From NCBI RefSeq assembly GCF_009914755.1, contig NC_060934.1: 64,000 nt of DNA. One strand, 5' to 3'. Both the position numbers and the translations under genes were made by a program. Shown here piece by piece: positions 14,420 through 28,247 of the stretch. Position 1 is the first letter of the stretch. Each line of letters starts with the position of its first letter. The notes beneath the pieces are model-generated. The model had not been told where the DNA came from. It was given only the letters and a program-made list of their open reading frames with translations, and did no database searches. This stretch comes from the human T2T-CHM13v2.0 reference genome, Homo sapiens.

Positions 14420-15060
14420 TGCTATCACCTTCACCTCGTTGACTTTGCAGTTAACTTCTCTTGCTGCTTTGCAGAGAAAATAGAAGATGTTAGATGGGGA
14501 CACCAACCTTTTGCTACAAAAGTCTGAATGTAAAAACATTGTCTGCCTCCTTGTCCTGGTTTCACTGGCTTCTGACTGACCAAGGCTAATGGAATCACAT
14601 GCTCCTTAAGGGTCTAAAGGGTCCCACTCATTGCTCTATCTTCAAAGCCATTCCCATCAGGATTTAGGTATGTCTGCATCTTGTCCACATTTACAATGGA
14701 GTTCTTTCTTCCCTTCCCTTTGCAGCTTACCCACTAGCTTCTGCCTTATCACTGTCTTCCCAATTCACAGTCAAACTTATTGAGAGAATGAGCTATACTC
14801 CTCCCACACAGTCCTGCATCTATTTCAACAGGGTTTCTGCCTATACTCCTCCCAAATGGATCTGACCATGTTACCATTGCCCTCCACGTTCCCACACCCA
14901 GGGATACTTCAGTCCTTACTTTACTTAAACCTGCAGAAACGTTTGACACCCTCAACAGTTCCTTCCTGCAAACATCTTTCCTTGGTTTTCATGACACTGA
15001 ATTATTCTGATTTTATTATCCCTCCTCTTCCCTTTCAGTCAGGGAATATTCTCCCTCTGC
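14420..15060 (+). mobile_element. L2 fragment (left part of an L2 split by a MaLR)
   Basis: cagagaaaatagaagatgttagatggg, caaacttattgagagaatgagctatactc, ttccttggttttcatgacact are L2-like. Confidence 0.6.
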
Positions 15061-15169
15061 CTGTTCCTTACCTCAGTGATTTCTGAGGTGTCTAAAAATC
15101 ATCCAGGGTGGTTGCTAGAATGCAGGTCAGATCTCAGCCCCAACACCTCATACAGGTGCATCATGACTT

Positions 15170-16487
15170 CTCTTGACTGCTTAGAGTAAAATGTGGGAAG
15201 AGAGAAGCAAATTAAATATAGAATTTATACTCAAAAGGGAAGCAGAACTCAAAGAGTTGGAGAATTCTCAGCCTGTAACACCTGAAAAAATGTGTTCAGG
15301 AGACAGCATCTACAATGTGGCTAAGCGACTGTTTGATAAGATTAGTAGGGACAGAAAGAAGCCAGATGCTTTCCATCAGGACACTGGAAGAACGGCCCTA
15401 AAGGTATTTTGGAGATCTTCAGGGCTGCCACATCCATCACAGGCCCAGAGTGCCAGGGCCTTGAGGGTGGTAGAACTGTTTCAAGGGAGGGGCTCAGTGT
15501 GCCTGTGGGACCTTGGGCTTGCTGCCCAGAGCCACCTCCAATTTTTGCTTCATACTTCTGGTGCAGTGCTCTTTAGCCACCCCAGCTGAGGCTCAAGTGT
15601 GGCTCAAGAGGGCCCTGGTACAGCTTGGGCTGCCACTTCAGAGGGCACAGGCTGTCAACCTTGGTAGCGAACCTCAGAGGCCCAACCCCTGACTCGTTGT
15701 GTCCAGAAGGCAGGACATGGAGTCAAAAAATATTCTTCTCAAGCTTCAAGATGTAACACTGTTTGCCTTGCTGGGTTTTGGACTTACTTGGGATCTGTTA
15801 CTCCTTTCTTTTTTCCAGTTGCTCCCTTTTGGAATGGGAACATCTATCCTATGCCTGTCCCACCATTGTATTTTGGAAGCACGTAACTTGTTCAGTTTCA
15901 CAGGCTCACAGGTAGAGGGCAGTTTGCCTCAGGATGAATCACACCTTTGAGTCTCACCCATATCTGATTTAGATGATATTTAGATGAGACTTAGGACTTT
16001 AGACTTTTGAGTTGATGCTGGAACGAGTTAAGAATTTTGGGGCTATTGGGATGGAATGGATGTATTTTGCATGTGAGAAGAACATGAATTTTGAGGGGTC
16101 AGGGGTAGAATGTTAAGGTTTGAATGTCTGTGTTCCCCTAAAATTTGTGTGTTGAAACTTAAGACCCAATGTGATAGGGTTAAGAGGTGGGGCCTTTAGA
16201 AGGTGGTAAGTCATGAGAGCTCCACCCTCATGAATGGGATTAGTGTCCTTTTAAAAGGACTTGAGGGAAGCATCTGGGCCCCTTTTGCCTTTTGTCCTTC
16301 TGCTATGTGAGGATGAAGCAGCAAGCCACCCTCTTGCAAGCAGAGTTGATCAGCTCTTACCAGACACCAGATCTGACGCTATGATATTGGACTTCCCAGC
16401 CTCCAGAGATGTGAGGAATACATCTCTGTCCTTATAAATTACCCAGTCCCAAGTACTTTATTGTTGCAGCATGAATGAACCAAGACA
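15170..16487 (+). mobile_element. MaLR internal fragment plus 3' LTR (MSTD/MLT1A-type; LTR 16111-16487)
   Basis: Internal MaLR text, polypurine tract gaggggtcaggggtagaa, LTR tgttaaggtttgaatg ... aaattacccagt ... aaccaagaca. Confidence 0.85.
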
Positions 16488-17010
16488 AGTCCACTTTCTA
16501 TCTCCAGCCCAGTCATTGCTCCTGAGCTTCAGAACCACATATCCAACTACCTACAAGATACCTTCTTGAGGATGTGCCAGACAGTGGAAACATTCAAAGC
16601 AGAACTTCTCATCATCTCCATGCTTGCTGTCCCATGTTCCTCTTCCCTGTGACTGGCACCATTGCCCAACCAGTTATGCAAGGGAGAAACGTCGACTCCT
16701 CCTTTTCCACTGCCCCCGCCAAAGACCCAACCAATCTTCAAGTCCTGTACATTCTAACCCCTATGTAGGTCTTAAGTTCCCAGTTGCTTTTCACTTCCAC
16801 TGTTCCTGCCCTGTCCAGGGCCCCCCAGATTTTCTACTGGATGGGCCTCTCCCTGGGTTATCTGCCTCTAAGTGTGCCTTCTCCCACTATTTTTCACATG
16901 GTGACTTAGGAACAGTTTCAGTCTGACCTTGTCACTCTTCTCCATTCAGGCCTTGAGTGGTGTCCTATTGCTTCTGTTTGGACAAAATCCACATCTTAGC
17001 CTGGCTCCTC
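16488..17010 (+). mobile_element. L2 fragment (continues after MaLR)
   Basis: tctatctccagccc...cctgagcttcagaaccacatatccaactacct ... acaaaatccacatcttagcctggc. Confidence 0.7.
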
Positions 17011-18269
17011 TTCTGTCTCTAGGTATTTATCCTCCAGGATAATCAAATAGCTACTCCACTAGCCTGGCTCAGCACCAGGGCTAGGCAGAAAATTCAAATG
17101 ATTGTAGCACAGTTTACCAAGTTTCTGTTATTGAGCTAAAATAAAAAGGGTCAGCTTGTCCAGTTGGATTCATAAGAATCAGAGATCTCAACCAGTACTA
17201 AGCCTTACTAATAACTGCAAGGATACAAATAATTGTGAGGCCCGGGTAAAGTGTGAAGTCTGAACCACAATACAGCTCCCAGGACTTTTTTGCCACATTA
17301 GGCTGTGCCCTGGCCCAGACTTATCACTAGGGGTCTCTACGTGCTACACGCGAGCCATCCTTCTTGAAAGCGTAGCTATTTGGGTCCTGAAACATCTTCA
17401 CTTTTTTCTCTGCTAGTTTCATAGCTTGCACAACATTTTCCAGGGAGCCATCTGACATAAATCCATAGGTTCCAGGTTTGTTTACCGCGAGCGGTTTTAG
17501 GCAGATAGGGCACGTCTCGCTAAAAGCATTCCATAGATAAGAGAGCTTCTGCTGGCCAACATCATTAGAGTGTTTGCCAGAGGCTCTGTCCCTGGAAGGA
17601 TTATGAGGGGATTTGATGGGGTCATCTTTCTGTCTTGCCTGGGGTGTCTCTCCTACAGGTAGAGAATGAACTGCAGGCATACAGCTGACCCTCTCTTTCC
17701 CCGTCCTGCTCTGCCCACCTCCAACATGCTGGTGCTTCCCAGAGCTCTGACCTTGGTCTCTTCTCTTCTTACTCTACATGTGTAATATGGAGCACCTCCT
17801 CCTCCTCCTCAGCAGCTTCCTTTCTCTAGACACAGAGTCTCCCAAAGCTACCTCTTTTACCTTTCAGCTTCAGACTCACATATTCCCCTGTTCATTGCTG
17901 CCTTAATGTCCTCCAGTCCTCAGACAAGCCCATTGGGTCCTTTCTTCCTTTCAGGGCAATGACATGCACGCCCACCTGGTTCTCATGAAACCTTGAATCA
18001 TCTTGGTCCTGCCAGTTGCTAGCTCTTTGTCCTAAAGTAAGTCAGAGAGGAAAACCTCTATGAACCTAAGTTTCCACATATGTAAGGTGGGCATAATAGC
18101 CATATCTGCTTCACAAAGCTGTTGTAGGATTAAACGAGATGATGCCACTAAGAGCTTATGGCAGTGGCTGGCACACCGTAAGTGCTCAATAGTTACTGGA
18201 AGTATCTTTGGTTCCACTCCCATTCCTGTGGCTACTCATTACTGCATGTTACAAGTTCTAGCTTCTTCT

Positions 18270-18860
18270 TAAGGCCGCCTTTCCATTTTCACCGCCCTCT
18301 CCTCACCTCTGCCTTCACCCGTGACAACAGTTTTGGAACTGGCCTCCTCTATGCAGCTCTCTCTGATCTCCCCTATTCTCTGTAGCCAGAAAAATCCTCC
18401 TCCATTATGCACCTGATTATGTTAGTGCCTTTGAAGACTGTGTTGCTCTTGGGAGAATTCCAAACTCCTTAAAGTGGTTTAGGAGGCTGGCTATGATCTG
18501 ACCGCTACCTGTCTCCCTGCAACTCCTCACCTCAAATGCTGACCACTGGGTGTGCTGAACTTTCAGCTCTTCTGACCCGCAGGATTTGGCAGAGGCATCC
18601 CCACCACTTGGAGCACTCTCTTCCTTTCTCTCCAGCCCTCCAACTCTCTCCCATGCTTTGCAATGCTCGCTCTGCCTTTCTCCCATCAGAGCACTTTCCA
18701 GCTGCGTGGCCATGCTGGGTTGCATGCCTGGACCCCTCATGGGAATGTAAACTTCAGGAGGGCAGGGGCCGTGGCTCACAGTTGTATCCCCAGCACTTAG
18801 AACAGTGCCTAGCAGATGGTAGGTCCCCAGTAGCAAATAATCTGAGTCAGTAAGTGAGTG
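18270..18860 (+). mobile_element. L2 3' region
   Basis: aattccaaactcctta ... gaatgtaaacttcaggagggcagggg ... tgtatccccagcacttagaacagtgcctagcagatggtagg. Confidence 0.75.
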
Positions 18861-21800
18861 GGCAAGATGAAAGGGGGTGGGGTGGGGAGCAAGAGGGAAA
18901 TCTTGAGTCTGGGGTTTCTGGCTTGAATGAAATTGAGATGGGCAATCTTCAGGCAGGACTCCTTGTTGAGGGGTCATTGTTTTAATGAGTTCTTTGGAGT
19001 AGATGGGCCTAGGTGAGCTTGGCAGTGGGCAATGGAGATCAGGCCTCTTGAAACAGGTTTATGATTTGACAATTAGCATGGGAGATGGATCTCCTTCCCT
19101 GCCCCATCCTCAGCTGCCCTCACAGCCTAGCAGGGTTGGGGCAGAGCACGCGCCCACTCGGGGGGTGGCCATGGTGTAGGTAGGCTTCACAAGGTTTCTT
19201 TCCTCTAACATTGTCTTGGGCTCTGCATGGGACAGAGATTTCACCTAGGTCTGTGAATCCTGCAACAAACTAGTGCTGTAACCCTTGTGACTGGCAGGTT
19301 TCTGTCCTGTTTCATGTGGCCTGTCCCTAAGAACCCCTTGTTGGGGATTGTTTGGGCTGTGGGTGGGTGGGGTATTCCTTGCAGCCGTCTGTAGGAAGCT
19401 ACTTGCCACTACTCAGTAGTTCCTAGGCAGGAGGCTGTAGTGCCCACTAGGGAGCCATGAAGGTGAAAAGTCCCCATTTCTCAAAGCCAACTTTTGCCTT
19501 CCTCCCCAAATCAAGCACAACTTGCAACTGTGATGACCTTTTAATCGATTCTATATTGAAGGGTCTGGAGGAAGGAGGGGAAGGGAAAGGGCAGAATCGG
19601 GCCTTGTGCCTTGCTTGGGCATCTTGCCCCCTTGACCTGCAGAGGGGTGACAGGGCTGTGCCTGGGTCCTGTGGCCGCATGGAGGCTCCCTGCATCTTTG
19701 GAGGGTCTCCTGAGTTACTCCACCCTGCAGAGTAATGAGGTTTCTCTCCTCCTACTCCTGCATCTTGCAAATTCTGTTGTCATCTGCTGACTGTCAGTGG
19801 CTTTCCTCAGCCCATTTTCTGCTGGCTCTGCAGAGGGAGGCTTGATTCCACTCTGAGGGGTGAGGCTGGAGAGTGCTGGGGAGCAGGGAGTACAGAGGCT
19901 CACACTTTAGGCTGGGGCTGATTTCTCCTGAACCATCAGCAATCAAATCTGCCTCACCACTGTGAGAATTAATTCCTTCTCAAGCTCCCCTTCAGATAGG
20001 TGAGAAATCCGTGTGCCTCCTATTAACATAATTGTGACCCCGTTTCTTGTGAAATGACAGCCCTGGTCTGATTATGCTCAGGGAGCATCCACAGTCTGTG
20101 TCCTGGGCTGCGTGACGAAAGCTTCCTCACATTAACTGGCAAATGAACAGTCCCACAGTCCACATGGTCTCTGGAATCTGCAGACAATGGCCACGTTTTA
20201 TCTCAGCCATAGGATGGGGTCAAGAAGAAGTTCCAGTGTAGCCCACCACAGCTAGTTAAGTACACGCCCAGCAGCATTTTAAATGAGCGGGGGAGGAGCT
20301 CTGCAAAGGCGTGGCTGGAAGGACAGTAGGCTTGGAGCTGGGGGGCCTAGGCCCAGCCTGCCATTTGCTAACTGTGCTGTTGGGGTCAAATCCCTTCCTC
20401 GCAAAGAGAGCAGAGGGCTGGTCCGTTAGACCTGATACTTGCTGATTCTAGGCTATCACTGAGTACAGCCTTAGAACCTGTAAACTGGGTTCCCATTTTC
20501 TGTGTTGGAGGAAGGGTCTAGAAAACTCTCTAGAAGACAGAGTTAAGAAGTCAAATCAGTGGTTGGATAAAGGCCTTTCCTCAAAATACGACACTGCAGA
20601 AGGCACCAGAGGAGCTCTCCTCCCTGGAGGCAAGGCAGTGGGCTGAGCTCAAAGCCTAGCCTGGCCATGTGCCTAGTTGGAGGCCCATGGAAGGCATCTG
20701 GGACTGGGGATGAGACAGTGTGTCTGTTTCCTTGTTGAGTCACTCTTGCTCATCAAATATCTATCGACCACCTCTGATGACCAAGTGGCATGAGAGAATG
20801 GAAAGAAGTCTATAGTCAGGGGAGCTCCATGTGCACCCAGCTTAATCACTAACTGGTGTGGGCCTGCGCAAATGGCTTTTCACCCCAGCGATGTGGCCAT
20901 GCGCCCTACATGCCTCATCCTGTGAGGATGAATGAGGCAGTGTTCCTGACACAGAGTGGGACTCCCCCCCAATCCTGCGCCCTTCCCTCTCTCTGTGTGC
21001 ACAGCAACATTTGAGACAGCACAGAGGACACTGAGGCCATTCAGAAAATGCCACTGTCTTTCAGCATGAACAGGCCCGTGGCAGGGCAGCTAGTGTGTGT
21101 CCAGAAATGCCATTGCTGCAGAGTGGAATTAACCAGGGTCCCATGGCCTGGGGACTCAGAGGAGTAAGAGGCCTGAGCAGAAAGAGTTTTATGGATGGTG
21201 CTGAGTTGAGCCTAGACTGGCTTGGCACTTGAAGGAGAAGGAAGAAAGATCATTTCAGGGCAGAGAAGAGTTTGGGTCAATGCATGGGTGCACAGAAGCT
21301 CAGAAAAGAAAGCAAATCTGTGTGGTGGGGTGTGTGCAGGTGAACACTCCATACAAGATGGTATTTCTGTGCAGGCACATGGAGGGAGGGGTGTTTGGGT
21401 CACAATGTTTTGAGCACTGGGGAGCACGGATGGCATCTGGGGGTGCTAGCCTCAGCTCTCCACTTATGGTGCAGCATGTTGGGGTAACCTTTTCTTCCCC
21501 ATTCTTCTCCAGGACTAGACACCGTTATTCAGTTCTCTAGTATTTTACTTTTTGTTAGCTCTTATGCAGCGGGGGAGCTGCACTGCCTTGGTGTTGGAAT
21601 AATTGTCCTCTTGTGACACTGTAAACCACCCATGCACCAGCCTTCCCACCCCCCCGGTCTATTGTTCTCCATAGTGCTTCTCTTCATCCCTGCACCATGT
21701 GTTTACTACTTTCTGTTCCCCACATTAGAATCTCAGCTCTGTGAGGATGGGGACCTCACCGCTGGGTTTGCTACTCTACCCAAAGCCCTTAGAGGACTGC

Positions 21801-22240
21801 AGCAACCAGTAGGCTTTTGTTGCATATCTGAAGAATCAATGAGTGAATGGCAGTTGGATGGATGGCTCCTTGATCACCTGTCGTGGGGCAGATTCATGTG
21901 GCAAGATGTCAAGTAATTCATCCAAGCCCGAATTCACATTCATTCGAGAACTTACAATGCCCAAGAGTGGGTGGTAAATATTGTAGGATGCCCAAAGCTC
22001 CCAAGATGATAAAAATGACCCTGGAGTTATACTAAGGGCCACCCTGCAGGCTGCCCCCTCCTGTGCCTCCTGATAATCATGGCTTGTTGTGGGGTGTTAA
22101 CTGTCACGGTGATGGCAGGGCTGAACTGGAGCTCTCACAAAAGGAGAGTGAGTTTTTCAGAGAGCCTTGGTTCAAATGAAGTCTTTTGAAATAAGATCAA
22201 GGAGTATACTCTTTTCCCATGGTGTTGGTAGGTGTTAAGA

Positions 22241-22647
22241 TGTGTTAGACTGTTTGCATTGCTATCTGAGGCTGGGTAATTTATAAAGAAAAGAGATTTA
22301 TTTTTGCTCACGGTTCTTCAATCTATCAGTCTATACCACATAGCACCGGCATCTGCTCCTGGTGAGGCCTTAGGAAGCTTCCAATCATGGTGGAAAGTGG
22401 AAGGGACCCAGTGTATCACAAGGCAAGAGGGAGCAAGGGAGAGGAGGAGGTGCCAGGCTCCTTTAAACACACCATCTCTTTCTTGAACTAACAGATTGAG
22501 AACACTCATTACCTCAAGAACGGCACCAAACCGTTCATGAGGGATCCAACCCTATGGTCCAAACAATTCCCACTAGGCCCATCTCCAACACTGAGGAATC
22601 ACATTTCAACATGGGATTTGGAGGGGATGAGCATCCAAACCATATCA
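22241..22647 (-). mobile_element. MSTA-type solo LTR
   Basis: tgaggctgggtaatttataaagaaaagag ... ggcatctgctcctggtgaggccttaggaagctt ... catccaaaccatatca. Confidence 0.88.
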
Positions 22648-23182
22648 TGTGTCAGTAACATTTCCTGAACTTCAGTAAACACCAGAACTGATTGCTGTCC
22701 TCTGTTACTCAGGTCCATGTGGGACCAGGGATATTAAAAGGAGGGAGGATCCTGATGGAAAATGCAGCAGAATATCAATGCTTATGAATAGACATCCGAT
22801 TTCCTCCCCCACCAAGTGTGTGGGACCGCTCTGTAGATAGCCTTTCCCCTCACTGCCTGAGGCTATGGGATTCCCTGCTTGGTATCCAGCCCCATGCTAT
22901 GCCCTGAGGTGGTCTTGGAGGTCTTTGCTGCCAGGAGTTCACAGCTAGTTAGGGAGGTAAGGCACAAACCAGGTCGAGACAGGTAGAGGAGCAGGATGGG
23001 GCAGCAGGAGGGTGCAGGGTCAGGGTGGGGAGGTCACAGAGGCTGACTCCTGAATGCAATTGCAGAGACTCGAGATTTAGAGCAAATTTTTAAAGCTTCT
23101 TCAGACTATGAGCTTCTTCACAAGGTGAGGGAAGAAGAGAATTCCAGGCAGAGAAAACAGCAAGTGGAAAGGTGAAAAGGCA

Positions 23183-23285
23183 GTGTGTGTGTGCATGTGT
23201 GCCTGTGCATTGTGTGTGTGAGAGCATGTGTGCATGTGGGCCTGTGTGCACATGAGCATGTGTGTGTGTGCGTGTCCATGAGTGA
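23183..23285. repeat. Degenerate (TG)n / (CATGTG)n low-complexity repeat
   Basis: Direct reading. Confidence 0.8.
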
Positions 23286-23459
23286 ACTGATGAAGTTTCT
23301 GGACAGTGATGTGAGGGAGGTGGGAAGGAGGAGGGAGGAGGTGAGAGGAGAAGGAGATGGTGAGGGAGGTGAGGTCCAGGCTGTGAAGGCCTTGAATTTC
23401 CCTGGACATGGCAGCAGGCCCCTGAAGGGTTTAGGTAAGTGCTAGTGTGATCATTTCTA

Positions 23460-23891
<432 letters not shown>

Positions 23892-25014
23892 CTAAGGATA
23901 TGGACAGGGGATGGCTGGAATGGCCATGGCCTGGTGACTGATCGACTGGTGTGTGAGGAGAGGGCCTCTCAGGAGATAAGAGTCCAGGGTCACTCCAGGG
24001 TATCTAGTCTGCTGGCAGGGAGGGGACGAGTGGGGACATTAACCAGGATGGGGCCCCTGGAGGAGACCTAGTCCCAGGGCGGGGTGGGGACGATTTGCAG
24101 CCCTGGGTGGGTGGGAGGTGAGATCACCGTATGGTATTAGGTGTCCTGTTCTGGGCCTGACCCAGGTTTGCTTGGTAAAGCCTACTTCTGGGCTCTTTCC
24201 TCTTCCCCTTTTCCTTTCTGCTTCCATTCCCTTCCTCCCTGGTACAGTTTCCCAGTCTCCTCCCTTCCCCTTCAGCAGCGATCTCAAGATAAACAGCTGG
24301 GGAAGAGGAGCTGTGGAAACGTCCAATCAGGGAAGGTTATTAACCCAGGATTCTAATTATGGTGTTGCCCTGTGTCTCTTGCATGGTAACAAGCCAGCCT
24401 CAACTGCTTGAGCTAAGAGCAAGCTCAGTGTTTCCTTCAAGCAGCATCGTGGACAGATTCCTGCCAGACCCTTCAGAGCAAGCACCCCACACCCCTAGCC
24501 CAGGGTCTCTTCATCGATAGGGGGTGATCTGTCTGCCCCTCACTGTTTTCTCCAAATAGGTAAGACCGGGTGGCCAAGCACATGATTGGCAGCAAAGTGC
24601 ACATCAGCACAGCAGCCCTGGCTTTCAGCAGCTGAGGTCAGCTGTTGAGCCAATGCATTTTATTTATCTGCCTAACTGCCACCATGACCTCTTCTGGGAG
24701 CCCTGGGCTGGGGTGGTGCCCTCACCTCTGGTATGGAGGAGGGAGCCCTGGCCCAGGGGACCTTTCTTTGAGTAACTGTTCTGTGCAGGGCTCTGGGCTC
24801 AGTGCTGAGATGCACCATGGATCAGACAGAGGCTCACGGACCTCAGCCATTTCTTTGGCATGAGGTCATTGCAGCTCAGAGGAGGGGCTGTTGCCCTTAA
24901 CTGCATGTGTCTGTGTGAGTGGAGTGGGGAAGGTTCAGAAAGGTTGCTTCTTCTTATTGCTCGTTTCTAAGTTGCTTCCAAAGCCCCCGATGGGCTTCTC
25001 AGCTCTCTCAAGAG

Positions 25015-25325
25015 GAAGGCAGAAGAGAGTCAGAGAGAGATGGGACAATGGAAGCACAGGTTGGAGGGATGTGATTGCTGGCTTGAAGATGGAGGAAGGG
25101 CCATGAGCCAAGGAATGCAGGCGGCCTCAAGATGCTGAAAAAGGCAACAGAACAGATTCTCCCCTAGAGCCTCCAGAAGGAGCGCAGCCCCGCCAATACC
25201 TCGTTTTTAGTTCAATGAAACTCATTCAGACTTCCGATCTCCAGAACTGTAAGATAATAGGTTTGTGTGTGTTCAGCCACTAAGTTTGTGGTACTTTGTT
25301 ATAGCAGCAACTGGAATCTAATGTC
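25015..25325 (+). mobile_element. MLT1D-type LTR fragment
   Basis: tgctggcttgaagatggaggaagggccatgagccaaggaatgcagg ... gattctcccctagagcctccagaagg ... ctccagaactgtaagataata. Confidence 0.85.
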
Positions 25326-25749
25326 AGGGGCCAGATTTCAAGATGCCGTAAGCCATGTCAAGGGGTTTGGATTTTGTTCTGTAGGGCTCAAGGCTTATCA
25401 CTACTTAGGAGTCTGTGTATGTTAAGCACATAAGCTTAGATTATGAGGGTTTGAATACCACCCTTGCCAATAACCAGCTTTCTCAAAGCTGCAGCATTTT
25501 CAGCTCCAAAAGTGGGGAATCATAGTTCTCATCTCATTGGGCTAGTGTAAAGATTAAATGAGATGATACCTGTAAGGTGTTTAGCCCAGTGTAGGCCAGG
25601 AAAGTGATTGTTACTTTTACTTGCTTGGCAACCTTAGGTAGCATAATGCCTCATCTGGCGGCTTTGATCATGGCGTCTGCCCAGGGAAGGTATAGCAACC
25701 CCCCTCCAACCCCCTTACCCCCAAGGAATAAGTGAATTTGTGATATGAT

Positions 25750-26120
25750 TGTATTAGTCCATTTTTATGCTGCTGATAAAGACATACCCAAGACTGGGTA
25801 ACTTATAAAGAAAAAGAGGTTTAATGAACTCGCAGATCCACGTGGCTGGGGAGGCTTCATAATCATGGTGGAAGGCAAAAGTCATGTCTTACATGGTGGC
25901 AGACAAGAGAGAAAAGAGAGCCAAGTGAAAGAGGTTTCCCCTTATAAAACCCTCAGATCTCATAAGACTTATTCACTATCACCACTACCACGAGAACAGT
26001 ATGGGGGAACCGCCCTCATGATTCAATTATCTCCCACCAGGTCCCACCCACAACATGTGGGAATTATGGGAGCTACAATTCAAGATGAGATTTGGGTGTG
26101 GACACAGCCAAACCATATCA
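25750..26120 (-). mobile_element. THE1B-type solo LTR with 5-bp TSD
   Basis: tgtattagtcc ... gacacagccaaaccatatca; atgat at 25745-25749 and 26121-26125. Confidence 0.95.
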
Positions 26121-27509
26121 ATGATGAACTGGAAAAGAATTGAAGGGTGTGCCCCTATTGGCCTGGCATGTGGCTGTCTGCCCACCCATGGTGGGAGCAG
26201 GTGCCTATTCACCCTGCTCACCTAGCCCCTGCTTCCCTCAGCTCCCCATAGGCATGTCTGCATTCCTGTGCCCCTTATGGGCTGTATTCATTTCTGGCCC
26301 CTGCACTGTGCTCCAGGCATAAGCTATTTTAGTGACAAGTTCCTTGAAATGCTACACCTTCCCTGCCCACCCAGACAGAGACCTCCCCAGGCCCAGCTGT
26401 CAAGTATCGATTTCCCCTTTAAATATTACTGCAGCCCAGGAGCATGTATGGATTAATTGACGAGGCTAGGCTTGTACCTGCACACTTCATTAACAGCTGC
26501 TACTAATTAGTGGAGTAGTCATTTAGAGACCTACTGGGGTTTTGAGGATAATAGTTTTATTTATTTTTTTCCATGACTCTTAAGCATACAATAAATTGGG
26601 GAGTGAAATGCCATGGGCCCAAGTTTGGATGGGAGTCATGGGGCAGCCTGTGCTCTGGATCTGCCCTAAGAACACAACAGAAACTAGGACATCACCACAG
26701 TGGGACCCAGAGTTAAGCGGCCCTTCAGGTCATCTGGTCTACTATATGTGGCTACTGTGGCTGGGACTGGGATAGGGGCAGGGCCTCATTCTCAAGGTCA
26801 CACAGGGACAGGGAGGCAGACCTGGGATGAGCACCCAGGGCTGCTGGCCTTGTTGCTGGCCAGGGCTCTGTTTGCTAAATGGGGACTCTGCCGCATACAT
26901 TTGGAGAACCCAAATGTGGGAGGATAGACCAAGCTCATGGCCACGTCCTCCGCCTGCCCCAATCTTACCCTCTTTTCCCAAGAGGGTGTTGCCCTTCCTT
27001 TCCCATTTCTGGGCCTCCTCCCATCCCATCCACATCACTCCACCCTTCCCACTCCCACTGGAGTCCTGCTATACCTTGCTGCTGGAACCCCTTTTTCTGT
27101 CCTTAGCATCTCCAAATGGACTAGACTCGACAAGCAAACAGTCTGCAGTGGACCCCTTGGGTCATCCATTCTGATGGAAACAGTGAGTCGAATTAATCCT
27201 AAGTCTTTGAATTTGGGCTACTCATTGACTCTCTCAGCTTTATCCTCACCAGCTCATGGTGAGGCTGAATGCACAGTAGTAAAGGGGACCAAGCATGGGG
27301 ATGGCATGGAAAGAGTGGTTCCTCAGCAGATGGTAGTGCCTGTGCCCCTGTGCTCCTTAGGGAGGTGGTCTGTGGGCAAACCATCGTGCTTTCCTCAGGC
27401 TGACCTGGACCATTCACTGAGTGCACGTTGAGAGATTTTACAGCAAAGGAATAGAGACTTATAGAGACTTGACTTATTATTTCCTTCTTGTTTTACAGAT
27501 AATGACAGT

Positions 27510-27760
27510 AATTCGCATCACTAACCTTCCCTGAAAGCTTACTACATGTCAGGAAGTGCTATTCTAAAAGGGCTTCACATGTATTCATTCATTTCATCCT
27601 CCTGACAATCCTGTGATACAGGTGTTTTTGTTATGAGTCCTATTTCAACAAAGCACAAGTGAATACAGTAAGTTGCCCGTGGCTACACAGCATGTCAGAG
27701 GTAGAGGTGAACCCGGCATTCCAGCTCACAGTCCAAACCCTTAGCCACGGAACTCTCTGA
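27510..27760 (-). mobile_element. MIR
   Basis: tcatttcatcctcctgacaatcctgtgatacagg ... taagttgccc. Confidence 0.65.
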
Positions 27761-28247
27761 CCTCTTAGAGAGGTCGATTTCCTGGCTAAGGGAAACCCCT
27801 GTTCCCCAGTGTGTGCTGTGTGGGTGGCAGCTGTGTTGGTGCCACAGGTCTGTGTCCCCTGGACATCTGCTGATTTATCCGGGGTGGTCACTTGAAGCAA
27901 AGACTGTCCACACTATATAATTTGAGTGATATGGCTCAAAAGTGCGGGCTGGGCCAATCTGAGTTCGATCTGGGGAAAGGTATGAAAGAAGCTGAGCCTG
28001 GAGGTGGGTAGAGTTGATGAGCTTGACCTAGGGCTGGAGACTCATCATGATCACCAGCTATGAGTGATTGGAGGAAGCCAGCTGGCTGAGAAAGGAGACA
28101 GAAAGGTGAATGAATGCCATGAGAGAGACCTCAGTCCTGGAAGGGCAGCTTTCCCCTACAGTCTCAGGGTGCTGGCTCCCATGGAGTCAGGCTGCTCCTG
28201 GCCTCCTGTTTAGGTATTCTGGTGAGGATGTGCTTTATATCAAACTA

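Noticed and set aside
20416-20425. ggctggtccg, identical to a Y RNA 5' end
   Set aside because: Only 10 nt; the rest does not match.
5572-22220. A shared skip-one-base-at-every-stop recoding system across the minus-strand loci at 6064, 14381, 17680 and 22220
   Set aside because: The rule can extend any sequence indefinitely; no common shift motif, guide sequence or homology among loci. Shared 9-10-mers (accgcgagc, gagcggtttt) are near chance expectation.
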